From the NCBI GenBank assembly GCA_963754925.1, contig CAVWHX010000012.1, forward strand, positions 1 to 64,000: a stretch of 64,000 bases of DNA. Reading direction: 5' to 3'. The stretch comes from an uncultured delta proteobacterium (GTDB lineage: Bacteria > Myxococcota > B64-G9). Of this stretch, positions 43,788 through 53,877 are shown piece by piece. The number at the start of each line of letters is the position of its first letter. The first letter of the stretch is position 1. The translations under genes were made by a program, and so were the position numbers. The notes under the pieces were generated by a model, which worked only from the letters and a program-made list of their open reading frames with translations, made no database searches and was not told where the DNA came from.

Positions 43788-43831
43788 TTAAAGGCGTCAG
43801 CAATGTCGAGCGCATTCAGGGTTGACTCGAA
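43788..43831 (+). repeat. relA/spoT 3'-end repeat, copy 3
   Basis: AAAGGCGTCAGCAATGTCGAGCGCATTCAGGGTTGA translates as KGVSNVERIQG-stop. Confidence 0.9.
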
Positions 43832-43845
43832 CCAAACGCCACCGC

Positions 43846-44275
43846 TTACGACTTGTATATTTCCGTGCTATACGTCTTCACCCAGTGCTTTTTCAGCACT
43901 TCTTTGGCTTCCTGAATTTTGTCGACGTTAAGAATGATGATTGCCTCTTCGCCCTTGAGATAAATAAAGGGATACATGCAGTCGATGTTGACCTTTACCT
44001 CTATCAGCGGACGCAGGATGGCATTAAGCCCGCCCGGGTGATCGGGGGCGGCGACGGCGATGACTTCTTTCGTGGATACCGTGAATTTATTTATTTGCAG
44101 CACCTTCGCGGCTCGATTGGGATCGTCGACTATCATGTGCACCTGCACCTGGTTTGATGCCGGGGCGGCCATGATCGCTTTTATGTTTATCTGTTCTTTC
44201 TCGAGGAGCGAGCTTGCCCGATACAGACTGCCCGGTGAATTATCAAGCAGTTATGGAAACTTGGGTTATGGACAT
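43846..44275 (-). CDS. Tandem ACT-domain protein; 1-nt insertion near codon 9
   Basis: MSITQVSI(L)LDNSPGSL...INIKAI and D.PGGL..IL..L....VNI...Y patterns. Confidence 0.8.
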
Positions 44276-44320
44276 AATATTCCTTTCATCAGATTAGGAG
44301 GCTAACCCTCGGTTGTGAGT

Positions 44321-44860
44321 CTATTTGAATGGGAACCCGTCGTATCCGGCCTGAATGGCGCGAATGCTCGATTCCGCGGCCTTCTTCTTGGATCCCATCA
44401 TCATTTCGATGCTCTCAAAAACCGTTTTTAGCTTTATGATCTTGATCATCTGTACCAGCGCTCCCAACATAATCATGTTGGCGGAACGTTCGCTGCCTAT
44501 CTTACGAGCCATACTGTTTACCGGAACCGCAAACATTTCAATGTCACCTCGCTCCGGCACAAAATCCACCAGATTTTCGTTGTACAGGAGCTGCCCGCCT
44601 GGTTCAAGACTGCTGATATACGCGATGAGGGACGGCTGGTTCATGGCCACTAAAACGTCCGGTTTGGATGCGATCGGCGATGCCACCTCCTCATCGGAGA
44701 CACACACCGTGCAGTTGGCTGTGCCGCCCCGCATGGCGGCGCCGTAAGCAGGCATAAAGGTGACGAAATAGTTATCCAGCATGGCGGCGTTCCCCAGTAC
44801 GTTGCCGATAGTCAGGACGCCTTGCCCTCCGGAACCTGAGGTAAAAATCTTTATCAGCAT
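44321..44860 (-). CDS. 2-oxoacid:ferredoxin oxidoreductase gamma subunit
   Basis: GSGGQGV, YGAAMRGGTANC, AMNQPS and NMIMLGA motifs. Confidence 0.92.
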   Translation of the reverse strand: MLIKIFTSGSGGQGVLTIGNVLGNAAMLDNYFVTFMPAYGAAMRGGTANCTVCVSDEEVASPIASKPDVLVAMNQPSLIAYISSLEPGGQLLYNENLVDFVPERGDIEMFAVPVNSMARKIGSERSANMIMLGALVQMIKIIKLKTVFESIEMMMGSKKKAAESSIRAIQAGYDGFPFK

Positions 44861-44861
44861 A

Positions 44862-45614
44862 TCAATCCTTTCTACTTCTCTTGTCGGTCAACACCCCCAA
44901 CGGAAACTCTTTCGTCATCACCTCGGTCACCCACTTGAAGGAATCCACAGGCGTCAGTTTCCAGTTTGTCGGACAAGGCGACAATACCTCAATGATTGAA
45001 TAGCCCAGCCCATCAACCTGGGTCTGGAAGGCGGTAGTTATCGCCTTCTTGGTCTTGCGGATCCCGGACGGTCCGTCGATGGCGACACGCTCGGCGTATA
45101 CGACACCGGGAAGTTGCGACACGATGTCCGTAATATGAAGCGGATATCCGTCATACTTCGGGTCGCGGCCCAGCGGCGTGGTGGTGGTTTTCATGCCGAC
45201 CAGTGTGGTGGGCGCGAGCTGTCCGCCGGTCATACCGTAGACCGCATTATTGATAAAGATGACGGAGATATTCTCGCCGCGGTTGGCCGAGTGAATCGTC
45301 TCCGCGGTTCCTATGGCGCTGAGGTCGCCGTCGCCCTGGTAGGTGAAGACGAACAAGTCCGGCCTGGAACGCTTGATGCCGGTTGCCATGGCGGTGCCCC
45401 GGCCATGGGCTGATTCGATCATGTCAACGTCAAAATAGAAGTAGGCCAGCACCGCGCACCCGGCCGGATTCACGCCGATAGCGCGTTTGCCGAGGTCCAT
45501 CTCCTCGAGCACCTCGGCAACGATGCGGTGGGCGATGCCGTGGCCGCAACCGGCACAGTAGTGGGTCGCCACGTCTTTCTTGTAATAGTGGGGCCATTTA
45601 TTTTTGAGCTTCAT
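44862..45614 (-). CDS. 2-oxoacid:ferredoxin oxidoreductase beta (TPP-binding) subunit
   Basis: HYCAGCGHG, QGDGD...N and YGMTGGQ motifs. Confidence 0.92.
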   Translation of the reverse strand: MKLKNKWPHYYKKDVATHYCAGCGHGIAHRIVAEVLEEMDLGKRAIGVNPAGCAVLAYFYFDVDMIESAHGRGTAMATGIKRSRPDLFVFTYQGDGDLSAIGTAETIHSANRGENISVIFINNAVYGMTGGQLAPTTLVGMKTTTTPLGRDPKYDGYPLHITDIVSQLPGVVYAERVAIDGPSGIRKTKKAITTAFQTQVDGLGYSIIEVLSPCPTNWKLTPVDSFKWVTEVMTKEFPLGVLTDKRSRKD

Positions 45615-46681
45615 TTCGCTGCCTTCACTTTGCTCTTGTATTCACGGTAGATGATTCGGGCGAACTCCATCGGCGTGGGCACCACGCCACCCGGCCTGCC
45701 GTGGAAGGTAATATCGGCCTTTCCCTCAAGAGCGATCTGGACATCTTCAAGCATCTGGCCGGTGCTCATCTCGAAGACCACAAACTTATTCACCCGAGAG
45801 GCCAGCTTGTTTATGGCCTTTTTCGGAAACGGCCAGAGGGTGATGGGCCGGATGAGACCCGCGCGAACGCCGTCTTTGCGCACCCGTTTGATGGCGCCCT
45901 TGGCGATGCGCGCCGTGGTGCCGTAGGCGATGACGATTATGTCGGCGTCATTGACCATATATTCTTCGAATTGTATTTCGTTCTTTTCTATTTCGTTTAA
46001 CTTGCGAACCAGCTTCCAGTTGTGCCGCTCCATCTCCATGGTGTCGAGAATCAGCGAGCACATATAACGACTCGGGCCGGTGCCCCGACCCTTGAGGGCC
46101 CATTCCTTGTCCGGCAGCTTCTTTACCGGTTCGGGAAAAACCACCGGCTCTTTCATTTGTCCCATCATCCCATCAGACAGCATCAGCACCGGCGTCCGGT
46201 ACTTATCGGCGATATCGAAGGCTTGGTAGGTGAGGTCCGCGATTTCCTGAACTGAGGCGGGAGCGTAGACCGGCGTCCGATAATCACCATGCCCGCCGCC
46301 GCGGGTAGCTTGGAAGTAGTCGCCCTGCGATGGCGCGATGTTGCCCAGGCCCGGCCCGCCGCGCATTATGTTGACAATCACCGCCGGAAGCTCGAATGCG
46401 GCCAGGAACGATATTCCTTCCTGCTTGAGGCTGATGCCGGGGCTGGACGACGAAGTCATGACCCGGGCGCCGGTGCAGGCCGCTCCGATGACCATATTGA
46501 TGGCCGCGGTCTCACTCTCGGACTGGATGAACACGCCCCCCGCTTTCCGCATATGCTCGGCCATATATTCCCCAATTTCGTTCTGCGGCGTGATGGGGTA
46601 ACCGAAGTAGCACTTGCATCCGGCCCGGAGGGAGGCCTCGGCGAAGGCGTGGTTGCCGCTGATGAAGATTTTATCCATCAT
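45611..46681 (-). CDS. vorB: 2-oxoacid:ferredoxin oxidoreductase alpha subunit (VorB-like, branched-chain type)
   Basis: GYPITPQ.E, TSSSSPGISLKQE and RGGPGLGNIAPSQGDYFQATRGGGHGDY motifs. Confidence 0.85.
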   Translation of the reverse strand: MMDKIFISGNHAFAEASLRAGCKCYFGYPITPQNEIGEYMAEHMRKAGGVFIQSESETAAINMVIGAACTGARVMTSSSSPGISLKQEGISFLAAFELPAVIVNIMRGGPGLGNIAPSQGDYFQATRGGGHGDYRTPVYAPASVQEIADLTYQAFDIADKYRTPVLMLSDGMMGQMKEPVVFPEPVKKLPDKEWALKGRGTGPSRYMCSLILDTMEMERHNWKLVRKLNEIEKNEIQFEEYMVNDADIIVIAYGTTARIAKGAIKRVRKDGVRAGLIRPITLWPFPKKAINKLASRVNKFVVFEMSTGQMLEDVQIALEGKADITFHGRPGGVVPTPMEFARIIYREYKSKVKAAK

Positions 46682-46690
46682 AAACTCCGA

Positions 46691-46866
46691 TTATCCCTTT
46701 AGGGGTTAGAGACTGTTACGAGCGAAGCGAGTTGCAGTCTCTTATCCCTTTAGGGATAAGCGCCCGTCCACAGGATAAGAGCTTGTAATTCGCTCCGCTC
46801 ATAACAAGCTCTAATAACGCTCGCTTCCCTGTCGACGACAGGTCGCTCGCTAACGGGCGCTTATCC
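46691..46866. repeat. Nested palindromic element, TATCCCTTTAGGG family
   Basis: Two TTATCCCTTTAGGG cores; GAGACTG/CAGTCTC stem; perfect 14-bp inverted repeat (46754-46767 / 46853-46866) enclosing two further hairpins. Confidence 0.85.
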
Positions 46867-47124
46867 ATCGTACACCTCGATACTTACCTCGGGGCATACC
46901 AGCGTGCAGATCATGCACCCCGCGCATTGGTCCATGTCGGCCGGGTCGGCGTAATGGTAGCCAGCTTTATTGAGGTGCTCGGATTCCTTCAGGACATTCT
47001 TGTTGCAATAGGCGATGCAGAGGCCGCATCCCTTACAATATTCTTTTCGTACCGTAATTTTGCACCGTTGCTTCGTAGAACCTGCGGCATGTGCACTTAC
47101 CGTTGTGGTGCCTTTCGTAGGCAT
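46861..47124 (-). CDS. 2[4Fe-4S] ferredoxin-like delta subunit
   Basis: CKGCGLCIAYC and CAGCMICTLVCP. Confidence 0.9.
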   Translation of the reverse strand: MPTKGTTTVSAHAAGSTKQRCKITVRKEYCKGCGLCIAYCNKNVLKESEHLNKAGYHYADPADMDQCAGCMICTLVCPEVSIEVYDG

Positions 47125-47223
47125 AAGAACTCCCTAGCGGCAATGGTACAGCGGATCTTTTGGATCTTTTTTTGGAGGAGCCGCTTTGTGTTTGGCTGCG
47201 ATTTTTGTCATGGTTCTGGGTTC

Positions 47224-50200
47224 TCACATACTCCTGCGATACTGGCCACCCACGTGGTACAGGGCGTCCGTTATCTGCCCGATACTGCAGAACCGCACCG
47301 TGTTCATGAGCTCGGTAAAAATGTTTTCTCCAGATAATGCGACCTGTTGCAGGCGCTTGAGAGCGCCCGGCGCATCTTTTTCATTCAGCTGGTGGAATTC
47401 AGCGAGGCGCGTAAGCTGCGATTGCTTTTCTTCCTCGGTTGCCCGGGCTAATTCAATCTTTATCGACTTGTCGTCGCAGGTTACCTCACTATCGAGGAAG
47501 GTATTGACGCCGATGATGGGCAGACAGCCGGTGTGTTTCTGGTGCTCGTAGTAGATCGATTCCTCCTGGATTTCACTTCGCTGGTAGCCCTTTTCCATGG
47601 CCCCCAACACTCCTCCCCGTTCGGTAATGCGGTCGAATTCGGAGAGCACCGCATCCTCGACCAGGCGGGTAAGCTCCTCCACAATGAAGCTTCCCTGCTC
47701 CGGATTTTCATTACGTGCCAGGCCCCATTCCCGGTTGATGATTTGCTGGATGGCAAGCGCCCGCCGCACCGACTCCCGGCACGGGGTCGTAATGGCTTCG
47801 TCATAGGCATTGGTGTGAAGGCTGTTGCAGTTGTCATAGACGGCGCAGAGCGCCTGCAGGGTGGTCCGGATGTCATTGAACTGGATCTCCTGGCTGTGGA
47901 GCGACCGGCCCGACGTCTGAATGTGGTACTTGAGCATCTGCGAGCGCGGACCCGCCTGGTATTTGTCGCGCATGGCCACTGCCCATATGCGCCGAGCCAC
48001 CCGGCCGATCACGGTGTACTCAGGATCCATGCCATTGGAGAAGAAAAATGACAGGTTGGGCGCAAAGCTGTCGACGGGCATACCCCGCGACAGGTAGTAT
48101 TCGACATAGGTAAAGCCGTTGGCAAGGGTGAAGGCAAGCTGGGTGATGGGATTGGCGCCCGCCTCGGCGATGTGGTACCCGGATATGGATACCGAGTACA
48201 GGTTGCGCACGTTATTCTCGATGAAGTACTGCTGAATATCCCCCATCATCTTGAGGGCGAAGTCTATCGAGAAAATGCAGGTGTTCTGCCCCTGATCTTC
48301 CTTAAGGATATCCGCTTGCACGGTGCCGCGCACACTTGAGAGCACCGTGGCGCGGATTGCCTCATACTCGTCTTTGTTCGGGACCCTGCCCCGGTCGGCT
48401 ACGAACCGCTCCACCTGCTGGTCTATGGCGGTGTTCAGAAACATGGCCAGAATAATGGGCGCCGGCCCGTTGATGGTCATGGAAACTGACGTGTTGGGCG
48501 AGCACAGATCGAAACCGCCGTAGAGCACCTTCACGTCCTCCAGCGTGCACACGCTCACGCCCGACGTTCCGACTTTGCCGTATATATCCGGGCGCCGATC
48601 CGGATCGCGGCCGTAGAGCGTCACCGAATCAAACGCCGTACTGAGGCGCTTGGCCTCGAAATTCGCCTGAAGCAGATGGAACCGGGCGTTGGTCCGCTTT
48701 GGATCGCCCTCACCGGCGAACATCCGGGTGGGATACTCGTTCATCCGTTTCAAGGGGAACACGCCCGCCGTAAACGGAAACCGTCCCGGCACGTTTTCCT
48801 CGCGCAGCCAGCGATAGATCTCGCCGGGGTCGCGAAACCGCGGTAGGGCGATCTTCGGAATCTTCTTACGCGCGAGCGATTCGTAATAGAGCGGCGTTTT
48901 TATTTCTTGGTCGCGCACCTGGTAGGTAAATTCATCTTTTCGATAATCCTCCTGCATGCTCGCCCACTGGCTGAGAAGAAGTTTCGTGTCGGCAAAAACG
49001 TGTTCCTCCGCTTTAGCGGCTCCACGACTCAATCGCTCCTCCACCGCGGTATCGCGGGCTCCCTGTTCCTGTATCGCCCGCGCCGCCTCGCGCAGATGCC
49101 ACACGTTCCTCACCACCTCGGCCTGCTCTTCAGTTCGTTGGTGATAGGCCCGTAGGGTGTCGGCTATTTCAGCCAGGTAGCGCGTGCGCTGGGGCGGGAT
49201 GATAATGGTCTTTGACGAAGAAGTCCTCCGCTCAGACCGGGGCAGGTGCGCGGCGTACCGGGTGCCTTTCTTCGCATCAATAAGGCCCAACAGATAGTGA
49301 TAGAGCGCCGTTACGCCGTCGTCATTAAAACGCGAGGCGATGGTGCCGAAGACCGGCATTTCCTCCAGGGGCGTATCGAACGCTTTTCGGTTCCTTTGAA
49401 CCTGTTTGCGTACATCGCGCAGCGCGTCATTGGCCCCCTCTTTTTCGAACTTATTGATCACCACCGCGTCAGCGTAATCGAGCATGGTTATCTTTTCCAG
49501 CTGGGAGGCGGCGCCGTACTCGCTCGTCATAACATAGACGGATACATCGGCGATGTCGGTAAGACCGGCGCTCCCCTGTCCCACGCCGGCCGTTTCGGCG
49601 ATGGCCAGATCGAACCCAGCCGCCTTGACGATACGGAGAGCATCGGCAAGAGCATCCGAAAAGTCTGCATTGAGATGATTCGCCGCGAACGAGCGCATGT
49701 ACACCCGCTTGCTTGCGATGGCGTTCATGCGGATGCGGTCGCCGAGAAGCGCCCCGCCGCTCCTGCGCTTTGCAGGGTCGCTGCACATGACCGCCACCCG
49801 TACCTCGCTGAAATCGCGTAAGAGGCGCACAATGATCTCGTCGATAAGCGAAGACTTGCCCGCGCCGCCCGTGCCGGTAATGCCGATCACCGGCATGGTC
49901 CGACCGGCGGCTTTGTGCTCAATCGCTCTAATCATTTCCTTGTACCGTGAGCCGTCACGATTCCGCGCTATCTCCGCCATGGTGATTATGCGCGCGATGC
50001 TCCCCTTATTCTCCGGCGCCAGACTGGAAACGTCGTGGTCAACGACATCCGGTGTCGGATAATCGATGCATCCCAGAAGATGATTGATTATGCCCTGAAG
50101 CCCCAATCGGGTGCCGTGTTCAGGGGTGTAAATTTTCTTAACACCGTACGCTTCCAGATCGCGGACTTCTTCGGGGACAATCACGCCCCCTCCCCCACCA

Positions 50201-50541
50201 AAAACTTGTATATGCCCGGCACCCTTGTCTCTCAAGAGATCGATAAGGTATTTGAAAAACTCCATATGGCCGCCTTGGTAGCTCGACACGGCTATTCCCT
50301 GAACGTCTTCCTCGATGGCGGCGTATACGATGTCATCCACGGAACGGTTATGCCCGAGATGTATGACCTCGGCGCCAGTTTCCTGCAATATTCTTCTGAA
50401 GATATTGATTGCCACGTCGTGGCCGTCAAAAAGCGACGTGGCGGTGACCACTCGAATTCGATTCTTCAGTTTATAGATTTCATCTTCCGAGGGTATGGCC
50501 GCGACAGCGTTTGGCTCCTTCAGGCTGGATGTAGTTCTCAT
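47224..50541 (-). CDS. icmF: Fused isobutyryl-CoA mutase / G-protein chaperone
   Basis: B12 domain FDGHD, MeaB-type GTPase GTGGAGKSS, mutase motifs TRMFAGEG, RLSTAFDS, QADILKE and HIQTSGRSLH; AGGAGG RBS. Confidence 0.93.
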   Translation of the reverse strand: MRTTSSLKEPNAVAAIPSEDEIYKLKNRIRVVTATSLFDGHDVAINIFRRILQETGAEVIHLGHNRSVDDIVYAAIEEDVQGIAVSSYQGGHMEFFKYLIDLLRDKGAGHIQVFGGGGGVIVPEEVRDLEAYGVKKIYTPEHGTRLGLQGIINHLLGCIDYPTPDVVDHDVSSLAPENKGSIARIITMAEIARNRDGSRYKEMIRAIEHKAAGRTMPVIGITGTGGAGKSSLIDEIIVRLLRDFSEVRVAVMCSDPAKRRSGGALLGDRIRMNAIASKRVYMRSFAANHLNADFSDALADALRIVKAAGFDLAIAETAGVGQGSAGLTDIADVSVYVMTSEYGAASQLEKITMLDYADAVVINKFEKEGANDALRDVRKQVQRNRKAFDTPLEEMPVFGTIASRFNDDGVTALYHYLLGLIDAKKGTRYAAHLPRSERRTSSSKTIIIPPQRTRYLAEIADTLRAYHQRTEEQAEVVRNVWHLREAARAIQEQGARDTAVEERLSRGAAKAEEHVFADTKLLLSQWASMQEDYRKDEFTYQVRDQEIKTPLYYESLARKKIPKIALPRFRDPGEIYRWLREENVPGRFPFTAGVFPLKRMNEYPTRMFAGEGDPKRTNARFHLLQANFEAKRLSTAFDSVTLYGRDPDRRPDIYGKVGTSGVSVCTLEDVKVLYGGFDLCSPNTSVSMTINGPAPIILAMFLNTAIDQQVERFVADRGRVPNKDEYEAIRATVLSSVRGTVQADILKEDQGQNTCIFSIDFALKMMGDIQQYFIENNVRNLYSVSISGYHIAEAGANPITQLAFTLANGFTYVEYYLSRGMPVDSFAPNLSFFFSNGMDPEYTVIGRVARRIWAVAMRDKYQAGPRSQMLKYHIQTSGRSLHSQEIQFNDIRTTLQALCAVYDNCNSLHTNAYDEAITTPCRESVRRALAIQQIINREWGLARNENPEQGSFIVEELTRLVEDAVLSEFDRITERGGVLGAMEKGYQRSEIQEESIYYEHQKHTGCLPIIGVNTFLDSEVTCDDKSIKIELARATEEEKQSQLTRLAEFHQLNEKDAPGALKRLQQVALSGENIFTELMNTVRFCSIGQITDALYHVGGQYRRSM

Positions 50542-50701
50542 GCAGTATGAATTCCTCCTTACGAAAGGCCTAAGATTAGCCATGAGTTCACGTTCTAGTC
50601 AATGATCGGGATTGCTCCTGCAGGGTTGAACGGTCAGATTGGCGTTGACAGTTTCCTTTCAACTACGTAGACTCACGTTCATCTTTTCGAAGGAGCGTGC
50701 C

Positions 50702-52042
50702 ATGCGATCGGAGGTAGGGCAGATGGTGGTGTGGGTTCTGGTGTTTTTTTCAATACCTGCACTCGCGGCCGACAAGCCGGCCGAGAAGAAATCGACCGAG
50801 ATTCAATTGGCGGTTCTTACTCTTCCCGGCAACGAAGTCAAACTCGATGAGCAGGACCGGACCCAGAACATTTTACTCGATTCTGCCCTTGCTCATAGCG
50901 GAGCCGATTTGGCCTGGCAACTGGTCGCGTTTTCCCCGCCAGGATATTCTCCGCCCGAGCAGGAGATTCTCTCCGATTTGAAAAAGAACATCGAGTTAGG
51001 CAAGCAGGCATACCGCTACCTTAAATTGCCTGAGGCGCTCGCGACCTTCAAGAACGTATTCCAGAAACTGCGGAACAATCCACCCGCTAGGTGCGATCCG
51101 AAAACCGTTACCGATTTACTGTTTTACTGGGCCCGCGCAGCACTCGATACCGGCGATGAGGCAGCGTCCCAAAACTTGCTTGGAAAAATTCTGCGCTTTG
51201 ATCCAACAGCTGGACCGGATCCGGCGGTGATGCCCCCCAACGTAGTCGCCGCCTTCGACATGGCGACCGAATATCAAAAACATAAACCACAGGCCACGGT
51301 GACCATGGAAGTTGGACCCGGACAAGGCAACCTATTCGTGGACTGCGCCGCTAAACCGGCTGGCCTGGTCGATACGTCTGGCCCGATTGGTGAGGAGTTT
51401 TGGATCGCCAGTGAAATTGAACGGGGGATGTTCCGAGCCACCTTCACTTTTCGGGATGGCCCCAAGCGTAAGCTTAAAATTTGGAGCGGGCAACCGAACG
51501 ACCCGTCAACGATCGCCGAACATTTTCGAGTCCTTTCGAGAAGCACGGTGAAACTTAGAGATTTGACATCCAGCAACGTTAATCTGGATGCGATTAGTTC
51601 AATACTCAATGTTCAAATGCTGATAGTGGGCGAAAACCGCGCCTCTCCGCGCGGAAGGACGGTTGCTGTGGCCCTGTATGTTCCCAAGAAGGGCGTGCAG
51701 GGGAACCCGATTGAAATCGATCTGAACGAGAACGGAGAACCAAAAACCGATTCTCTTGAAAATGCGTTCAATCAATTAACCAACGACGTAAAAAGTCCAA
51801 CACTCTTGGCTTTGTTAACTCCGGCAGCAAAACCTCCTGCCAGTACAGCGCGCGAGGATGTAACAAAACGCAAGGAGTCAGAAGCGTCTACTCCCTGGTA
51901 TAAAACGTGGTGGTTCTGGACGGCGACCGGCGCCGTCGTTGCCGTAGTTGTGGTGGGCGCGGTGGTAGGCGTTGAGAGTAGCAAAAAAACAAAAAGCGGC
52001 AACGTGTTAATAACTATTAAGCCCCCCTTTTCCACTCCATAA
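50702..52042 (+). CDS. Exported/membrane-anchored hypothetical protein of myxobacterial type
   Basis: Signal peptide; C-terminal PWYKTWWFWT followed by a TM segment. Confidence 0.65.
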   Translation: MRSEVGQMVVWVLVFFSIPALAADKPAEKKSTEIQLAVLTLPGNEVKLDEQDRTQNILLDSALAHSGADLAWQLVAFSPPGYSPPEQEILSDLKKNIELGKQAYRYLKLPEALATFKNVFQKLRNNPPARCDPKTVTDLLFYWARAALDTGDEAASQNLLGKILRFDPTAGPDPAVMPPNVVAAFDMATEYQKHKPQATVTMEVGPGQGNLFVDCAAKPAGLVDTSGPIGEEFWIASEIERGMFRATFTFRDGPKRKLKIWSGQPNDPSTIAEHFRVLSRSTVKLRDLTSSNVNLDAISSILNVQMLIVGENRASPRGRTVAVALYVPKKGVQGNPIEIDLNENGEPKTDSLENAFNQLTNDVKSPTLLALLTPAAKPPASTAREDVTKRKESEASTPWYKTWWFWTATGAVVAVVVVGAVVGVESSKKTKSGNVLITIKPPFSTP

Positions 52043-52217
52043 CCTCACCGCCCTAATGGATATATCTCTTTGTTTTAGATAGGTTACTGCGGCTGTAAAT
52101 CTGTGAAAAACGCACATCTCTCATCAAGACGTCATCAACTACCATTCGTACCACTTGAAATTATCCGTCTTTTTGTGCAAAGCTAGAGTTAATTATCAGT
52201 GGCTGGAGGGTTGCGGC

Positions 52218-52829
52218 ATGAGCCAATCACACATTCGTTGTTCAATACTATCAACGATTTTCCTGACAATCGTCTGGTCCTTCTCCACCGTCGGCGCAGA
52301 AACAATCAGGAACGATACGACAACACCAAGCGCAGCGGCGGTCACCGGAACGTCGCCGCTCGCCATCACCTCCAGCGCTTTCAAACCCCAGGGAGATATT
52401 CCGGCCGTCTACACCTGTCAGGGAAAAGATATCTCGCCGCCGCTTTCTTGGAAAGGAGTTCCCAGCAACGCCCAGAGCTTGGTGCTGATCGTTGACGATC
52501 CTGACGCTCCGGATCCGCTGGCTCCCAAAATGATCTGGGTCCACTGGGTGCTGTACAATATCCCGCCGACGGCGAGTTCCCTGCCAGAAGGAGTTGTTGA
52601 GGAGCAACTGCCTCCTAACATTCTCCTTGGAAAAAATGATTGGAAAAAGGCAGGCTATAACGGTCCCTGCCCGCCGATCGGGCGCCATCGCTATGTTCAT
52701 AAGCTCTATGCCCTGGATGTCGTCTTGCCCGATCTGCATGCGCCGACCAAAGCGCAACTCGAGCAGGCAATGAAGGGACACATAGTGGGTCAGGGCGAGA
52801 TCATCGGCAGGTATGAAAAAACAAAATAA
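52218..52829 (+). CDS. YbhB/YbcL (PEBP) family protein
   Basis: SPPLSW, DDPDAP, WVHWVLYNIP and GPCPP.G.HRY motifs. Confidence 0.92.
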   Translation: MSQSHIRCSILSTIFLTIVWSFSTVGAETIRNDTTTPSAAAVTGTSPLAITSSAFKPQGDIPAVYTCQGKDISPPLSWKGVPSNAQSLVLIVDDPDAPDPLAPKMIWVHWVLYNIPPTASSLPEGVVEEQLPPNILLGKNDWKKAGYNGPCPPIGRHRYVHKLYALDVVLPDLHAPTKAQLEQAMKGHIVGQGEIIGRYEKTK

Positions 52830-52901
52830 GATGTTTTCCATGAATGGCCGCGATCGTGGCGCTCGACGTCTACTGACGATCGATAGCATGCGGGAGACAA
52901 T

Positions 52902-53681
52902 GTGAATCAACTGGAATTCGGTTTCGAGAATCTACGCGCGACGCACCGTCGCGTGCCCGGGTTTGAAAGCCTGCAGAACCTCGAAAAAACATTTGCGTCC
53001 CGCCTGAGCTCGCTTCTCGGAAAATCGCTGACCGTGCGCTTCACCAATAATAGTTCCACGATGATCTCCTCGAAGGAGCAGCGGGGCGCGTTGATAGTGC
53101 GGCTTCACCATATGTTCATTAATGCGGATAAGACAGCCTTGACGGCTCTGGCGAGCTATCTTAGAGGATCTCGGCGCCATGAGGCATGCCTTGATCGTTT
53201 TATCGCTCGGAACCGCCATAAAGTGTTTCGCAAACCGCCTCCCGGCATCGAACGTGCGCGCGGCCGATATTTTGATCTGGAAAAGATTCGCGCCTGCCTC
53301 AGCCGCGCCTACTTTTCCAACGCGGTAAGCGTTCCCGTGGTGTGGGGCCGAAATGGGCAGAACAAGGGCAAAAGAAGTATTCGACTCGGATCGTACTCAT
53401 TTGCGGATAGCGTCATTTACATCCATCCCATACTCGATCAGGAATTTGTGCCAACCTATATGGTTGTGGCGGTGGTCTACCATGAGATGCTCCATCATAT
53501 CATCGGCTCGATCGAGACCAATGGCCAGCGCAGAGTTCACACCGCGGAGTTTCGCCGTCGCGAGAAGGCATATATTCATCACCATCGGGCCGCGGCCTGG
53601 GAGAAAAACAACATAGGAAAGTTATTGAGAAAATCACCTATAACGACGCGAAGGAATACCCTGCATGAAATCCAGATGTGA
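52902..53681 (+). CDS. SprT-like zinc metalloprotease domain protein
   Basis: RLGSY, IHP.LD, YHEMLH and H..EF motifs. Confidence 0.72.
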   Translation: MNQLEFGFENLRATHRRVPGFESLQNLEKTFASRLSSLLGKSLTVRFTNNSSTMISSKEQRGALIVRLHHMFINADKTALTALASYLRGSRRHEACLDRFIARNRHKVFRKPPPGIERARGRYFDLEKIRACLSRAYFSNAVSVPVVWGRNGQNKGKRSIRLGSYSFADSVIYIHPILDQEFVPTYMVVAVVYHEMLHHIIGSIETNGQRRVHTAEFRRREKAYIHHHRAAAWEKNNIGKLLRKSPITTRRNTLHEIQM

Positions 53682-53877
53682 AAACTGTAAATTAAAGAAA
53701 ATATGCTGAAAGAAAACCAACGTCCCTTATCAGCAGAATCTGGAAATGGCACACAACCTGGTGTCCTGGCTGGAAGAAATATCAGCTGGAACTAGCGCAA
53801 CAGAATAGCAACAGGATTACCTAGAAAATCACTAACGCATTGAGCGCTCTGCCTGATCCGAGAGCAAATAGAGTACG

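Noticed and set aside
53690..53810. Short reading frames upstream of the HI0933 gene, possibly a gene remnant
   Set aside because: They are too short and featureless to assign.
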